NCBI GenBank assembly: GCA_022844485.1
Contig: JALHLQ010000003.1
Span: 41,921 to 105,920, forward strand
Direction of reading: 5' to 3'
DNA length: 64,000 bases
From: Xanthobacteraceae bacterium
Lineage (GTDB): Bacteria > Pseudomonadota > Alphaproteobacteria > Rhizobiales > Xanthobacteraceae
A program made the position numbers and the translations under genes. A model generated the notes under the pieces. It saw only the letters and a program-made list of their open reading frames with translations, made no database searches and was not told the DNA's origin. Below, piece after piece: positions 26,234 to 35,546 of this stretch. Within the stretch, counting starts at the first letter, position 1. Each line of letters begins with the position of its first letter.

Positions 26234-27751
26234 ATGCGGCTCACCCAGTGCGACCACATCGTGGTTCTGGTTCCCCCTGATCGGGTTCGAAAATGGGCGC
26301 TGACCCTTGCCGAGATTTTGCGCTCGAAGGTGCGTCTGCCCGTAACCTTGTTGCGGCAGACCGGAATGGCAGATCCCAAGCCCCTGCCATGCGAAGCGCT
26401 TGAACGCCGCTTGTTTCCGCTCCCCCGCCCCGATCATACCGTCTGGATGTCCACGAGGGGCCTTGCGGAAGCCGACGACAGATCGCTGCAGCAAACCCTC
26501 GTCGTCAACCTGACCGAGCTTGCCCCAAGCGACATATTGCCCCGCGGCCCGGCTGTCGTAGTGACGCCGGCGTTCAACGGAAAGTACTCTGCGGACGCGT
26601 TGATCGGCTCCCTTCACAATCATGAAATGCCCCACCTCAGCCTTTCCGCAGTGACAACCGACACCACCCAGCTGCTGCACGGCGCCAACCTCACCATGCA
26701 CGACCGGAACCTGATCCTTCCTGTGCTGAACGCCGTTCTTGCTCGCGCGATCACAGTCATAACGCAGGCGGTGGGCCATCTCACAAAAGGCACGCCGCTG
26801 CCGGAACCGAGCTGCGCGACCTTGGACGCGGGCCGTCCCGCGAACCTGCACTTCTGGTTTCGCCGTGCCTCCAGAATCTATCCCCGCATGGCCCTGCATC
26901 GCTTGGTCCGGCACGTCCTGCATACCGGCGACTGGTGCATCGCCTACCGGCGGGCTGACCGCGCCGAGCCTCCGGATCTCGACCTGACGCCGCGGACATT
27001 TTCAGTGATCCCATCCGCCTATGATCGGTTCTATGCCGACCCCATGTTGTTCCACCACGACGGAGAAACGACGCTGTTCTTCGAGGATTACGACTACGGC
27101 ACAGGCCGCGGACGGATTTCTTGTGCCGCCGTGTCAGAGGGCGGGAGGGTCGGCGAGCCGCGCGAAGCACTCTCGCGTCCCTATCATCTGTCCTATCCCT
27201 TTGTGTTCTCGCACGGCGGTGCGATCTTCATGGTCCCGGAGACAAGCGCGAACCGCACGGTGGAACTCTATCAGGCCGAAGCTTTTCCCGACCGCTGGAC
27301 GCTGCGCGCCATTCTGATGGACGAGATCGAAGTTGCGGACGCCACGCCCTTCTTTGACGAGAACACCGGTTTGTGGTGGCTGTTCGGCACGGTCACCGAG
27401 TTTGGAAGCTCCTCCTACGACAGCCTGTCGATATTCTTCAGCGAGAATCTCGAAGGACCTTGGCGTCCGCATGTGATGAATCCCGTCAAGTTCGATCCCT
27501 TCTCGTCGCGGCCGGCAGGACCCCTCATCAGACAGGACGGGCGTTTGCTTCGGCCCGCCCAGGATTCCTCGCGCGGCTATGGCAGTGGACTGGCGTGGTG
27601 CGAGATCAGGGAACTGACTCCGACCTCGTTTCGCGAAGAGGTGGTTGCGCGTCATATCCCAAGCTCCGGATATCGAGGCCTTCACACCTATACGCGCGGG
27701 GGCGGGTTTGAGGCGGTCGACTTCCAGCGGCGTCGCTGGCGCCATATATGA
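26234..27751 (+). CDS. Two-domain protein of unknown function (degenerate formyltransferase-like N-domain plus beta-propeller-like C-domain)
   Basis: ATG at 26234. The C-terminal half (DWCIAYRR...FYADPMLFHHDGETTLFFEDYDY...YHLSYPFVFSHGGAIFMVPETS...WWLFGTV...) looks like a GH43/GH32-type propeller. I recall similar proteins annotated as formyl transferase or GINT1-N-like. Coding is supported by length and composition. Confidence 0.45.
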   Translation: MRLTQCDHIVVLVPPDRVRKWALTLAEILRSKVRLPVTLLRQTGMADPKPLPCEALERRLFPLPRPDHTVWMSTRGLAEADDRSLQQTLVVNLTELAPSDILPRGPAVVVTPAFNGKYSADALIGSLHNHEMPHLSLSAVTTDTTQLLHGANLTMHDRNLILPVLNAVLARAITVITQAVGHLTKGTPLPEPSCATLDAGRPANLHFWFRRASRIYPRMALHRLVRHVLHTGDWCIAYRRADRAEPPDLDLTPRTFSVIPSAYDRFYADPMLFHHDGETTLFFEDYDYGTGRGRISCAAVSEGGRVGEPREALSRPYHLSYPFVFSHGGAIFMVPETSANRTVELYQAEAFPDRWTLRAILMDEIEVADATPFFDENTGLWWLFGTVTEFGSSSYDSLSIFFSENLEGPWRPHVMNPVKFDPFSSRPAGPLIRQDGRLLRPAQDSSRGYGSGLAWCEIRELTPTSFREEVVARHIPSSGYRGLHTYTRGGGFEAVDFQRRRWRHI

Positions 27752-27781
27752 CGGCAGAGATCTCCCAGGGAGCAGCGCAGC

Positions 27782-28978
27782 GTGCCTTTCGAAAAGCCCC
27801 TCGGCGTCGCTCACGTTCACACCGTTGTGGCTGGTACAGGCGGCGATCGGGTCAGTGAACTCGAAGCACGTTACCTCGCCAAGAATGGGCACAGGGTTAC
27901 GGTTGTGAGCCCGGTCGCTCCCGAAATCGCCGCGAGGATGCGCGCTGGCGGAATCGCGATCTACGACAAGGCTCCCGCCCAACGCTCGGCGGGGGAAACG
28001 ATCCGCGCCTTGGGCGAACTCGATGTTGTTCACTGTCACTGCATGGTGAGCGCGCCGTTCGCGGCCGAGCTGGCCCGCTCGTCCGGTGCGGCGCTTGTCC
28101 TGCACAATCACAGCATGGGCGAGGAATGGTGGGAGTGCGCAAGCTGGCGATCGTGGCTTCGGCCGGCGCGGCGAGAGCGGCGCAAGCAAATCGATGCCGC
28201 CGTGCAGCAGGCTCACCGCATTCTCTGCGTCAGCGAACCCGTCGTTGCACACATGCGAGACCTCGGGTTGCGGACCGACCAAACCTTGATCGTTCCCAAC
28301 CCGATACCTGATGAATATTTTGGCGGCACGAGTGAAGGAAGTGAACGCTACGACGTCTGCGTCATCGCCCGTGCAAGCCGCCCGAAGCGACCGTTCACGA
28401 CATTGCGCATTTTGGCGCAAGCGAAAAGGATCAGCCCCGGACTTCGCGTCGTTTGGGTCGGCAAGCTCGGCCACTGGAGCGTGCCGGTCAAGACGACAGC
28501 CGCGCTCTTTGGCTTGCGCAGCATCGATTTCCGCGGCGTCGAACCCCCTGCTGCCGTGCGTTCGATCCTCGACTCCTCGCGCGTGCTCTTGACCGCCAGC
28601 CAGCGCGAAGGTCAGCCTCTCGCCGTGCTTGAGGCTCTGGCGCGAGGTTGCGACGTCATCTTGTCGGACATTCTTGCGCATCGCGCGTCCTTCTCCGCGA
28701 TCGAGGGCGCATCGTTTTTTTCAGATGACGACATCGAAGCGGCCAGCCGCTTGCTCGTCACGGCCGTGAAGAGCCACGCCCGCAATCCGCGGCCATGGCT
28801 TGCGGCCAAGCACGGTCTGCATGTCCACGGCAGGCAGATCGAACAAGCCTATGGCGAGGCGCTCTCGGTGCGGGATGGATCGGCTATTTCAAGGATCATG
28901 CGCCCGCCCATGGCCGGCGGCGCCAGCGGCGGTTCGGCGGCGCAAGATGAAGCCTGCGCAGCTGGCGCCTCTCGATGA
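27782..28978 (+). CDS. Glycosyltransferase family 4 (GT-B)
   Basis: GTG at 27782. VAHVHTVVAGTGGDRVSELEARYLAKNGHRVTVV and REGQPLAVLEALARGCDVILSD (EX7E). Confidence 0.8.
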   Translation: MPFEKPLGVAHVHTVVAGTGGDRVSELEARYLAKNGHRVTVVSPVAPEIAARMRAGGIAIYDKAPAQRSAGETIRALGELDVVHCHCMVSAPFAAELARSSGAALVLHNHSMGEEWWECASWRSWLRPARRERRKQIDAAVQQAHRILCVSEPVVAHMRDLGLRTDQTLIVPNPIPDEYFGGTSEGSERYDVCVIARASRPKRPFTTLRILAQAKRISPGLRVVWVGKLGHWSVPVKTTAALFGLRSIDFRGVEPPAAVRSILDSSRVLLTASQREGQPLAVLEALARGCDVILSDILAHRASFSAIEGASFFSDDDIEAASRLLVTAVKSHARNPRPWLAAKHGLHVHGRQIEQAYGEALSVRDGSAISRIMRPPMAGGASGGSAAQDEACAAGASR

Positions 28979-28983
28979 GTCGA

Positions 28984-29259
28984 TCAGCGGGGCGCTGGCC
29001 GCGCCGACTTCGAAGGATGCCGCGCTCGCGACGCCAAGAGCGCGCTGGAGAACATGCCAGCGAGATAGCCCAGCTGAACGGCGAGGATCGCCCCGCCCCC
29101 CACCCACGCCGCCGTTGCCAAGTCGCCGAGGAGAAAGGCCACCCCCGCTTCGACACCCACGAGAGCAAAGACGGGGACAAGAATATGAACCCGAAATCTC
29201 AACCCGAGCAGGGTGCCGAGCACGAAGTGAACAATGGAGTTTGCCGCCACGATTTCCAT
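28984..29259 (-). CDS. Small hydrophobic protein (3 predicted TM helices), hypothetical
   Basis: 91-aa ORF MEIVAANSIVHFVLGTLLGL...VPVFALVGVEAGVAFLLG...GGGAILAVQLGYLAGMF. Supported only by its TM-like composition. Confidence 0.3.
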   Translation of the reverse strand: MEIVAANSIVHFVLGTLLGLRFRVHILVPVFALVGVEAGVAFLLGDLATAAWVGGGAILAVQLGYLAGMFSSALLASRARHPSKSARPAPR

Positions 29260-29592
29260 ATCGGCCCCGGAGTGCGCGTCGCGACTCCAACCTCAATCCC
29301 GCCGGAATTAAGACCCGGCCGAATCTTCGATCGGACTGTCCCGGTCAAACTGACACAATCGCACCGGCCTGTCAGGTCGTGCAAATTGCCGAGTCGGGTT
29401 TGTACGCTGGAAATTGCCACGGCCATGGCTCGGCGCGCCGTGACTGCAGCGCAGCCGGCATAGCTTTGCTTGCGGCGAGGTGTTCAGGGCTGACGATGCT
29501 GACGCGCCGCAAGGTCGAGGTGCGGTTGACACCCGCTATCACGAGTGGACCGGTGGCAACGCCGATTGTCCGGGCACGGCAACATGCGGCGC

Positions 29593-30915
29593 TCACCGCT
29601 GAGCTTTCGCCGCCGCGGGCGCGGGCCTCCAAATGCTTGCCTGCTCAAGGCGCAGCCGGTCGCAAAGGCGATCCTTCGGCAACTCGACGTCTGCGTAGGT
29701 CAGCACCGTATCGCGCTTGATATTGCGGATCACGCGGCAGCCAACGGCGATGCCGATCGGCAAGAGATCCTGGGCGGCGGCGACATCGGCGTTTTCCGCC
29801 AAGCCATAAGCCGTGTAGCCACCAAGCTGATCGATGACCTCGCCGGCCTCGAGGTCGCGTTTGGCGGCGGCCACGACGTCCACCTGGGGCGCGCCGCACG
29901 GGGCGATGGTTGCGTCATGGAATAATGCAGCCCGCGCGATCGTCGTCGGGACCTCAAAATGGCAGAGATGATAGGGCGTATAGAAGCAATAGAGGGGACC
30001 GGAGCCAAGCTTATAGAGATTGAGATAATGCCTTTGGGTCTGGTTCTCGATCGTCCCGAGCACGAACACGCCTGGTGACGGAGCGGCACCGACCACGTAG
30101 TCCACAACACCCGGCCCTGCCAGCAACTCGTCAGCCGAAAACAACCGGGCTGCCTCTTCGATCGGCGTGCCCGCCGGAACCGTAAAGCCGTGCATACCGC
30201 GCCTGGCGACACGCATTCCGGTCGCGTTCGCAACAATCGCCTGCTCGAAGGAAATCTTCGTTCCATCGGCGAAGGATGTGACCATGCCGGGATTCTGGCC
30301 CCATCGTTGCGCGAAGTCACGCTGTGTGGTTGGCGTGCGGTAGGGATCATGCAGTCCCTTGATGTTGCCGCAGAGAACGGGACGGACGCCGATCCCTTTC
30401 ACGAACCGATACAGATTCATGATCACTCCCGGCTGATCGCCATCGGTGTTCGTGAAGATGACCCCGGCGGCATCGGCTTTCATCTTCAGGATCGGCCCGA
30501 GCGTCCCGTCGAGCTCCGCATTCATGAGCACGACGTGCTTGCGGCTCTCGATCGCCGCCAGCAAGGCCGGGAGAACCGGTTCGATGGCGCCGGTGACGTC
30601 GAGGAGCACGTCGATGGCATCGGCCTCCGCCAGCAGTCGCGGCTCGCTCGTCACCACCCCCCGCCCGGCCCGAAGGGCGGAGCGGACGGCGCTGGCGGTC
30701 GAGCATTCGACCACATTGGTTTCGCCCGCGTCGCGGAATGCCCGGCCGGCATTCTCGACCGTTCTATTGGCGATGCCGACGACGCGGATGCCCGGAGAAG
30801 CCGTTGCGACCTGCAGCGCGATCCCGCGCGCCATGAAACCCGCGCCGATCATGCCGACTCGGATCGGCGAATTCTTGCTCGCTTGCCGTGCCAGAGCCGT
30901 ATCGACGATGATCAT
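29593..30915 (-). CDS. NAD(P)-dependent oxidoreductase, homoserine-dehydrogenase-like with C-terminal SAF domain (COG4091 type)
   Basis: ATG at 30915. Rossmann motif VGMIGAGFMARG. Long C-terminal region ending ...EAGEVIDQLGGYTAYGLAENADVAAAQDLLPIGIAVGCRVIRNIKRDTVLTYADV, which is SAF-like. Confidence 0.7.
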   Translation of the reverse strand: MIIVDTALARQASKNSPIRVGMIGAGFMARGIALQVATASPGIRVVGIANRTVENAGRAFRDAGETNVVECSTASAVRSALRAGRGVVTSEPRLLAEADAIDVLLDVTGAIEPVLPALLAAIESRKHVVLMNAELDGTLGPILKMKADAAGVIFTNTDGDQPGVIMNLYRFVKGIGVRPVLCGNIKGLHDPYRTPTTQRDFAQRWGQNPGMVTSFADGTKISFEQAIVANATGMRVARRGMHGFTVPAGTPIEEAARLFSADELLAGPGVVDYVVGAAPSPGVFVLGTIENQTQRHYLNLYKLGSGPLYCFYTPYHLCHFEVPTTIARAALFHDATIAPCGAPQVDVVAAAKRDLEAGEVIDQLGGYTAYGLAENADVAAAQDLLPIGIAVGCRVIRNIKRDTVLTYADVELPKDRLCDRLRLEQASIWRPAPAAAKAQR

Positions 30916-30990
30916 CTCGCGCGTCCTTGTGGATGTCGGGGACGGCTTGCGCTACAAAGCAATGGGGGAGAATGGAGGTCGGATCGGATC

Positions 30991-31539
30991 ATGATTTTCA
31001 CTCCTGCCACTCTCCCCGGCGCTGTCCTGATCGACATCCAAAGAAAGCACGACGAGCGGGGCTACTTTGCGCGCACGATGTGCCGCGATGAATTTGCCAG
31101 CCGCGAACTGGCCGCCGATTTCGTCCAGTCCAATCACTCCTTCAACCGGCGCGAAGGGACTTTGCGGGGCTTGCACATGCAGGCGAGCCCGCACGCCGAG
31201 GTGAAGCTCGTTCGTTGCGTCCGCGGAGCGATCTATGACGTGATCGTCGATCTGCGGCCCTCGTCGCCGGCCTATTTGCGCTGGGAGGGTTTTGAACTCT
31301 CCGCCGACAATGGTCGAATGCTTTATGTCCCGGAAGGCTTCGCCCACGGCTTCCAGACGCTGTGCGACGACACCGACGTCACCTACCAAGTCTCGCACCC
31401 TTATGTCCCCGGCGCGGAGATCGGTGTCCGCTACAACGATCCGACCTTCAACATTGCCTGGCCGCTGCCGGTCGCCGTCATTTCGCCGAAGGACGCGTCC
31501 TGGCCGGACTTCAGGCAGATCGAAGCGATGTCGGCGTGA
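30991..31539 (+). CDS. NDP-4-keto-6-deoxyhexose 3,5-epimerase (RfbC/RmlC cupin family)
   Basis: ATG at 30991, with GGAGG 12 nt upstream. DERGYFART..., GTLRGLHMQ, KLVRCVRGAIYDVIVDLR and YVPEGFAHGFQTL are RmlC-family motifs. Confidence 0.85.
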   Translation: MIFTPATLPGAVLIDIQRKHDERGYFARTMCRDEFASRELAADFVQSNHSFNRREGTLRGLHMQASPHAEVKLVRCVRGAIYDVIVDLRPSSPAYLRWEGFELSADNGRMLYVPEGFAHGFQTLCDDTDVTYQVSHPYVPGAEIGVRYNDPTFNIAWPLPVAVISPKDASWPDFRQIEAMSA

Positions 31540-32585
31540 TCGGGCAAGTCGACCCAGCGCAAGTCTTGGCCGAGCTGGCGGCTGTCCTTGAGATACCGAA
31601 GCTCGGCGAGCCGCGTGAAAGGCGGCGCTTTGAACACCTCCTCCGTCAGTCCGACTCGCTCGAAGATCAGGCGAAGCTGCGCCGCGCCGTGCTCGAGCGA
31701 CCAGCGGCACTTGAACTCAGGCATATGCGCGCGGATCTTTTCGAAAGAGACCCGGTAGCTTCGTGAGTCGCCATCCGAATTTCCCAAGCTGAGGCGGCAA
31801 TCCGGAAAAGTCTCGTTCACGACTTCGGCAATTTCGCGGATGCGATAGTTCTGCTCGTCGGCGCCGACATTGAATGCCTCGCCCGCGACCGCCTCGTGCG
31901 GCGCCTTGAGGGCGCAGAGAATGGCCTGGCAGAGATCGTCGACATGCACGAGCGGCCGCCAGGGCGAGCCGTCGCTGGTCATGCGGATTTGTTTCGTCGT
32001 CCAGGCCCAGCCGGCGAGATTGTTCAGCACAAGATCGAACCGCTGACGCGGACTGGCGCCGAAGGCCGTCGCGTTGCGCAGGAAGACGGGAGCGAAGGTT
32101 GGAGTGGCCAGGGTCTTCACGTCCCGTTCGACAAGAACCTTGCAGCGGGCATACGCGGTTTGCGGATTGACGGAGGATTCTTCAGTCCGCGCATCGCTCC
32201 CGCCCGCACCGTAGATGCTGCAGGAGGAGGCATAGACAAATCGGCGCACGCCCGCTTCACGGCACAGCCGTGCCAGCCTGACCGAAGTGTGATGGTTGAT
32301 CTCGAAGGTCAGGCCTTGATCCTGCTCGCCGAGCGGATCGTTGGAGAGTTCCGCGAGGTGAATGACGGCATAGGCACCGTCGAGGTCCTCGCGCGCGATT
32401 TCGCGCGTATCCTTGGTCAGCACCATCGGACGCGTTCGCCGATCGTCGAACAGCCACCCTCGACGGTAGAACCCGGTATCGATGCCCACGGCGGCATATC
32501 CGGCATCGAGAAGCTTGGGCCCGAGCACGGCGCCGATATAGCCGTCCGCCCCGGTAAAGATGACTTTCAAGGGACGGGGCGTCAT
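31431..32585 (-). CDS. Extended SDR, NAD-dependent sugar epimerase/dehydratase
   Basis: ATG at 32585 overlaps the rfbF stop (ATGA). Motifs GADGYIGAVLGPKL, SSCSIYG and YARCK (YxxxK). The C-terminal roughly 40 aa overlap the rfbC-like gene on the other strand. Confidence 0.8.
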   Translation of the reverse strand: MTPRPLKVIFTGADGYIGAVLGPKLLDAGYAAVGIDTGFYRRGWLFDDRRTRPMVLTKDTREIAREDLDGAYAVIHLAELSNDPLGEQDQGLTFEINHHTSVRLARLCREAGVRRFVYASSCSIYGAGGSDARTEESSVNPQTAYARCKVLVERDVKTLATPTFAPVFLRNATAFGASPRQRFDLVLNNLAGWAWTTKQIRMTSDGSPWRPLVHVDDLCQAILCALKAPHEAVAGEAFNVGADEQNYRIREIAEVVNETFPDCRLSLGNSDGDSRSYRVSFEKIRAHMPEFKCRWSLEHGAAQLRLIFERVGLTEEVFKAPPFTRLAELRYLKDSRQLGQDLRWVDLPDHADIASICLKSGQDASFGEMTATGSGQAMLKVGSL

Positions 32586-33424
32586 CAGTGCACCGGGTTC
32601 GGCACGGGAACGGCCGAGGGCGCAAGGGTGGGCATTTGGATATCATGCTGCGTATTCCAGACGCGCCACGGCGGGTCGCCGCTGTCCCAGAGATCCTGCA
32701 GCAGCGCCTTGTCGCGCAACGTATCCATGTTCTGCCAGAACCCGGCATGGCGAAAAACGGCCAATTGCCCGGCGGCGACGAGTTGCTGCATCGGCTCGTT
32801 TTCCCACACCGTATCGTCGCCGCTGACGAGATCAAGCGCGCAGGGTTCGAGAACGAAGAAACCACCATTGATCAGATGGCCGTCATCGGTGTGCTTTTCG
32901 CGGAAGCTTTCCGCGCGCGGCTGGTCCTTCGCGATGCCGAGAACCCCGTAGCGCCCGCGCTGCTGCACGGCGGTCACCGTGGCCATCGCTCCTTCTTTGC
33001 GGTGAAAAGCAACGAGCTTGCCGATGTCCAAGTCGGTGACCCCGTCTCCGTAGGTGAGGCAGAAAGTCCCGTCGAGGTAGTCTTTGACGCGCTTGATCCG
33101 CCCGCCGGTCATGGTCGAGATGCCGGTGTCCACCAGCGAGACGCGCCAAGGTTCGGTCCGTGACCGATTGAATTCGACCCGGTTGGTCTCCAGGTCGATC
33201 GTGACATCGGAGTTCCTTTGAAAGAACTCGAGAAAATACGACTTGATGAGATCGCCTTTATAGCCGCAGCAAATCACGAAGTCGTTGAAGCCGAAGCTCG
33301 AATAGATCTTCATGATATGCCAAATAATCGGGCGCCCTCCGATCTCTACGAGCGGCTTCGGGATGACGCGCGTCTCCTCGCTGAGCCGCGTGCCATAACC
33401 GCCAGCCAGAATGACAACTTTCAC
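32585..33424 (-). CDS. rfbF: Glucose-1-phosphate cytidylyltransferase
   Basis: GTG at 33424. VKVVILAGGYGTRLSEETRVIPKPLVEIGGRPIIWHIMKIYSSFGFNDFVICCGYKG is nearly canonical RfbF. Confidence 0.9.
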   Translation of the reverse strand: MKVVILAGGYGTRLSEETRVIPKPLVEIGGRPIIWHIMKIYSSFGFNDFVICCGYKGDLIKSYFLEFFQRNSDVTIDLETNRVEFNRSRTEPWRVSLVDTGISTMTGGRIKRVKDYLDGTFCLTYGDGVTDLDIGKLVAFHRKEGAMATVTAVQQRGRYGVLGIAKDQPRAESFREKHTDDGHLINGGFFVLEPCALDLVSGDDTVWENEPMQQLVAAGQLAVFRHAGFWQNMDTLRDKALLQDLWDSGDPPWRVWNTQHDIQMPTLAPSAVPVPNPVH

Positions 33425-33660
33425 GATGGAATGCCCCAGACCATGTTCATCAGGGCAACCGGGTCTCCCAGCGTTTGTTCCTGGTTCCGTCTTTTTTCTT
33501 GGGAATTCCATGCTGCCAGGCCCTCGCAGGTGCGGCCGGCGGCCAACCTGTGCTAACCCTAGGCGACAAAGAACGGGCCCCGCGTTGCTTTGCCGGAATT
33601 CGGAACTATATTGCAGCGCAACCGCGGGCGTTCTGGCCCGCGGTATGCATTTAGGCCGCC

Positions 33661-35493
33661 ATGCAGCTTCGTAATATCGCCATCATTGCCCATGTCGATC
33701 ACGGCAAGACCACGCTCGTCGATCGCCTGCTCCACCAATCGGGGGCCTTCCGCGAGAATCAGCGCGTGGCCGAACGCGCCATGGATTCCAACGACCTCGA
33801 GCGCGAGCGCGGGATCACGATCCTTGCTAAGGTGACGTCGATCGTCTGGAACGATGCGCGGATCAACATCGTCGACACGCCCGGCCACGCCGATTTCGGC
33901 GGGGAGGTCGAGCGCATCCTCAACATGGTCGACGGTGCGATCGTGCTGGTCGACGCCGCCGAAGGGCCGCTGCCGCAAACGAAATTCGTGGTCACCAAGG
34001 CGCTCAAGATGGGGCTCAAGCCGATCGTCGCCATCAACAAGGTCGATCGCTCCGACGCCCGGCCGACCGCCGTCGTCAATGAGGTGTTCGACCTTTTCGC
34101 AGCCCTCGATGCCACCGACGAGCAGCTTGATTTTCCCATCCTGTATGGCTCGGCCAAGGAGGGGTGGATGGCCGCGGGCCCCGAGGGGCCGAAGGAATCG
34201 ATGGCACCGCTGTTCGACCTCGTGCTGCGCCATGTGCCGGCTCCCGTGGTCGAGGAGGGCGCGTTCCGCATGCTCGGCACGATCCTCGAAGCCAATCCCT
34301 ATCTCGGACGAATCGTCACCGGCCGAATTACCTCAGGCAGCGTCAAGCCGAACCAGCAGGTGAAGGTCATCGATCGCGAGGGCGCGCTTGTTGAGCAGGG
34401 CCGGGTCACCAAGGTTCTCGCCTTTCGCGGGCTGGACCGAACCGGCATCGACGAGGCAATTGCGGGGGACATCGTCTCGCTCGCGGGGCTGCCGAACGCC
34501 ACCGTCGCGCACACGATCTGCTCGCCGGATGTCACGGTCCCGCTGCCGGCGCAGCCGATCGACCCGCCGACGCTGGCGATGACTTTTCGCGTGAATGATT
34601 CGCCGCTCGCCGGCACCGAAGGCACGAAGGTGACGAGCCGCATGATTCGCGACCGCCTTTTGCGCGAAGCGGAAGGCAATGTGGCACTGCGGGTCACCGA
34701 AGCCGCGGACAAAGACTCGATGGAGGTCGCAGGACGGGGCGAATTGCAGCTCGGCATCCTGATCGAGACGATGCGGCGCGAAGGCTTCGAACTCAGCGTC
34801 TCGCGCCCCAAGGTGCTGATGCAGCGCGACGCCGAAACAGGCGAACTGTTGGAGCCGATCGAGGAGGTGGTGATCGACCTCGACGAGGAGCACTCCGGCA
34901 TCGTCGTGCAAAAGATGGCGGAGCGCAAAGCCGAGATGATCGAGATGCGGCCGTCGGGCGGCGGCCGCCTGCGGCTCGTGTTCCATGCGCCGACGCGCGG
35001 ATTGATCGGCTATCAGGGCGAACTCCTCACCGACACGCGCGGCACGGCCATCATGAATCGCCTCTTTCATGGCTACGCCCCTCACAAGGGCGCGATTCAA
35101 GGCCGTCGCAACGGCGTGTTGATTTCCAACGACGCCGGCGAAGCCGTCGCTTACGCGCTGTGGAATCTCGAAGACCGCGGCCCGATGATGATCGAGCCCG
35201 GCTGGAAGGTCTATCGCGGCATGATCGTCGGCGAGCACACGCGCGACAATGATCTCGAAGTGAACGTGCTCAAGGGCAAGAAGCTCACCAACATCCGCAC
35301 GACCTCCAAGGACGAAGCCGTGCGGCTGACGCCGCCGATCCGCATGACGCTCGAGAAGGCGCTCGCCTATGTTCAAGACGACGAGCTGGTCGAGGTGACG
35401 CCGCGCTCGATCCGCTTGCGCAAGGCGACCCTCGATCCGAACGATCGCAAGCGCGAGGTGCGCCGGCGCGAGGCGGAGGCCGAGGCGGTATGA
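33661..35493 (+). CDS. typA: Translational GTPase TypA/BipA
   Basis: MQLRNIAIIAHVDHGKTTLVDRLL, DTPGHADFGGEV and NKVDR, over a full-length 610 aa. Confidence 0.95.
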   Translation: MQLRNIAIIAHVDHGKTTLVDRLLHQSGAFRENQRVAERAMDSNDLERERGITILAKVTSIVWNDARINIVDTPGHADFGGEVERILNMVDGAIVLVDAAEGPLPQTKFVVTKALKMGLKPIVAINKVDRSDARPTAVVNEVFDLFAALDATDEQLDFPILYGSAKEGWMAAGPEGPKESMAPLFDLVLRHVPAPVVEEGAFRMLGTILEANPYLGRIVTGRITSGSVKPNQQVKVIDREGALVEQGRVTKVLAFRGLDRTGIDEAIAGDIVSLAGLPNATVAHTICSPDVTVPLPAQPIDPPTLAMTFRVNDSPLAGTEGTKVTSRMIRDRLLREAEGNVALRVTEAADKDSMEVAGRGELQLGILIETMRREGFELSVSRPKVLMQRDAETGELLEPIEEVVIDLDEEHSGIVVQKMAERKAEMIEMRPSGGGRLRLVFHAPTRGLIGYQGELLTDTRGTAIMNRLFHGYAPHKGAIQGRRNGVLISNDAGEAVAYALWNLEDRGPMMIEPGWKVYRGMIVGEHTRDNDLEVNVLKGKKLTNIRTTSKDEAVRLTPPIRMTLEKALAYVQDDELVEVTPRSIRLRKATLDPNDRKREVRRREAEAEAV

Positions 35494-35506
35494 CTATGAC
35501 AACGTG

Positions 35507-35534
35507 CCGGGCGGGCAAATGGAAGCCTGCCCGA
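35507..35534. terminator. Hairpin between convergent typA and the TRAP binding-protein gene
   Basis: ccgggcgggc-aaatggaa-gcctgcccg, a 9-bp stem with one mismatch and no clear U-run. Confidence 0.3.
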
Positions 35535-35546
35535 CAGACCTGATCC

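Noticed and set aside
4127-33424. Missing partners within the EPS locus: type I secretion genes (ABC/MFP) for the RTX glycanase, DprE1/DprE2-type epimerase genes for the UbiA module, and a Tyr phosphatase for the ExoP-like protein.
   Set aside because: None of the ORFs in the window carries the corresponding motifs. Their absence is reported as a limitation and a test for the hypotheses above, not as a feature.
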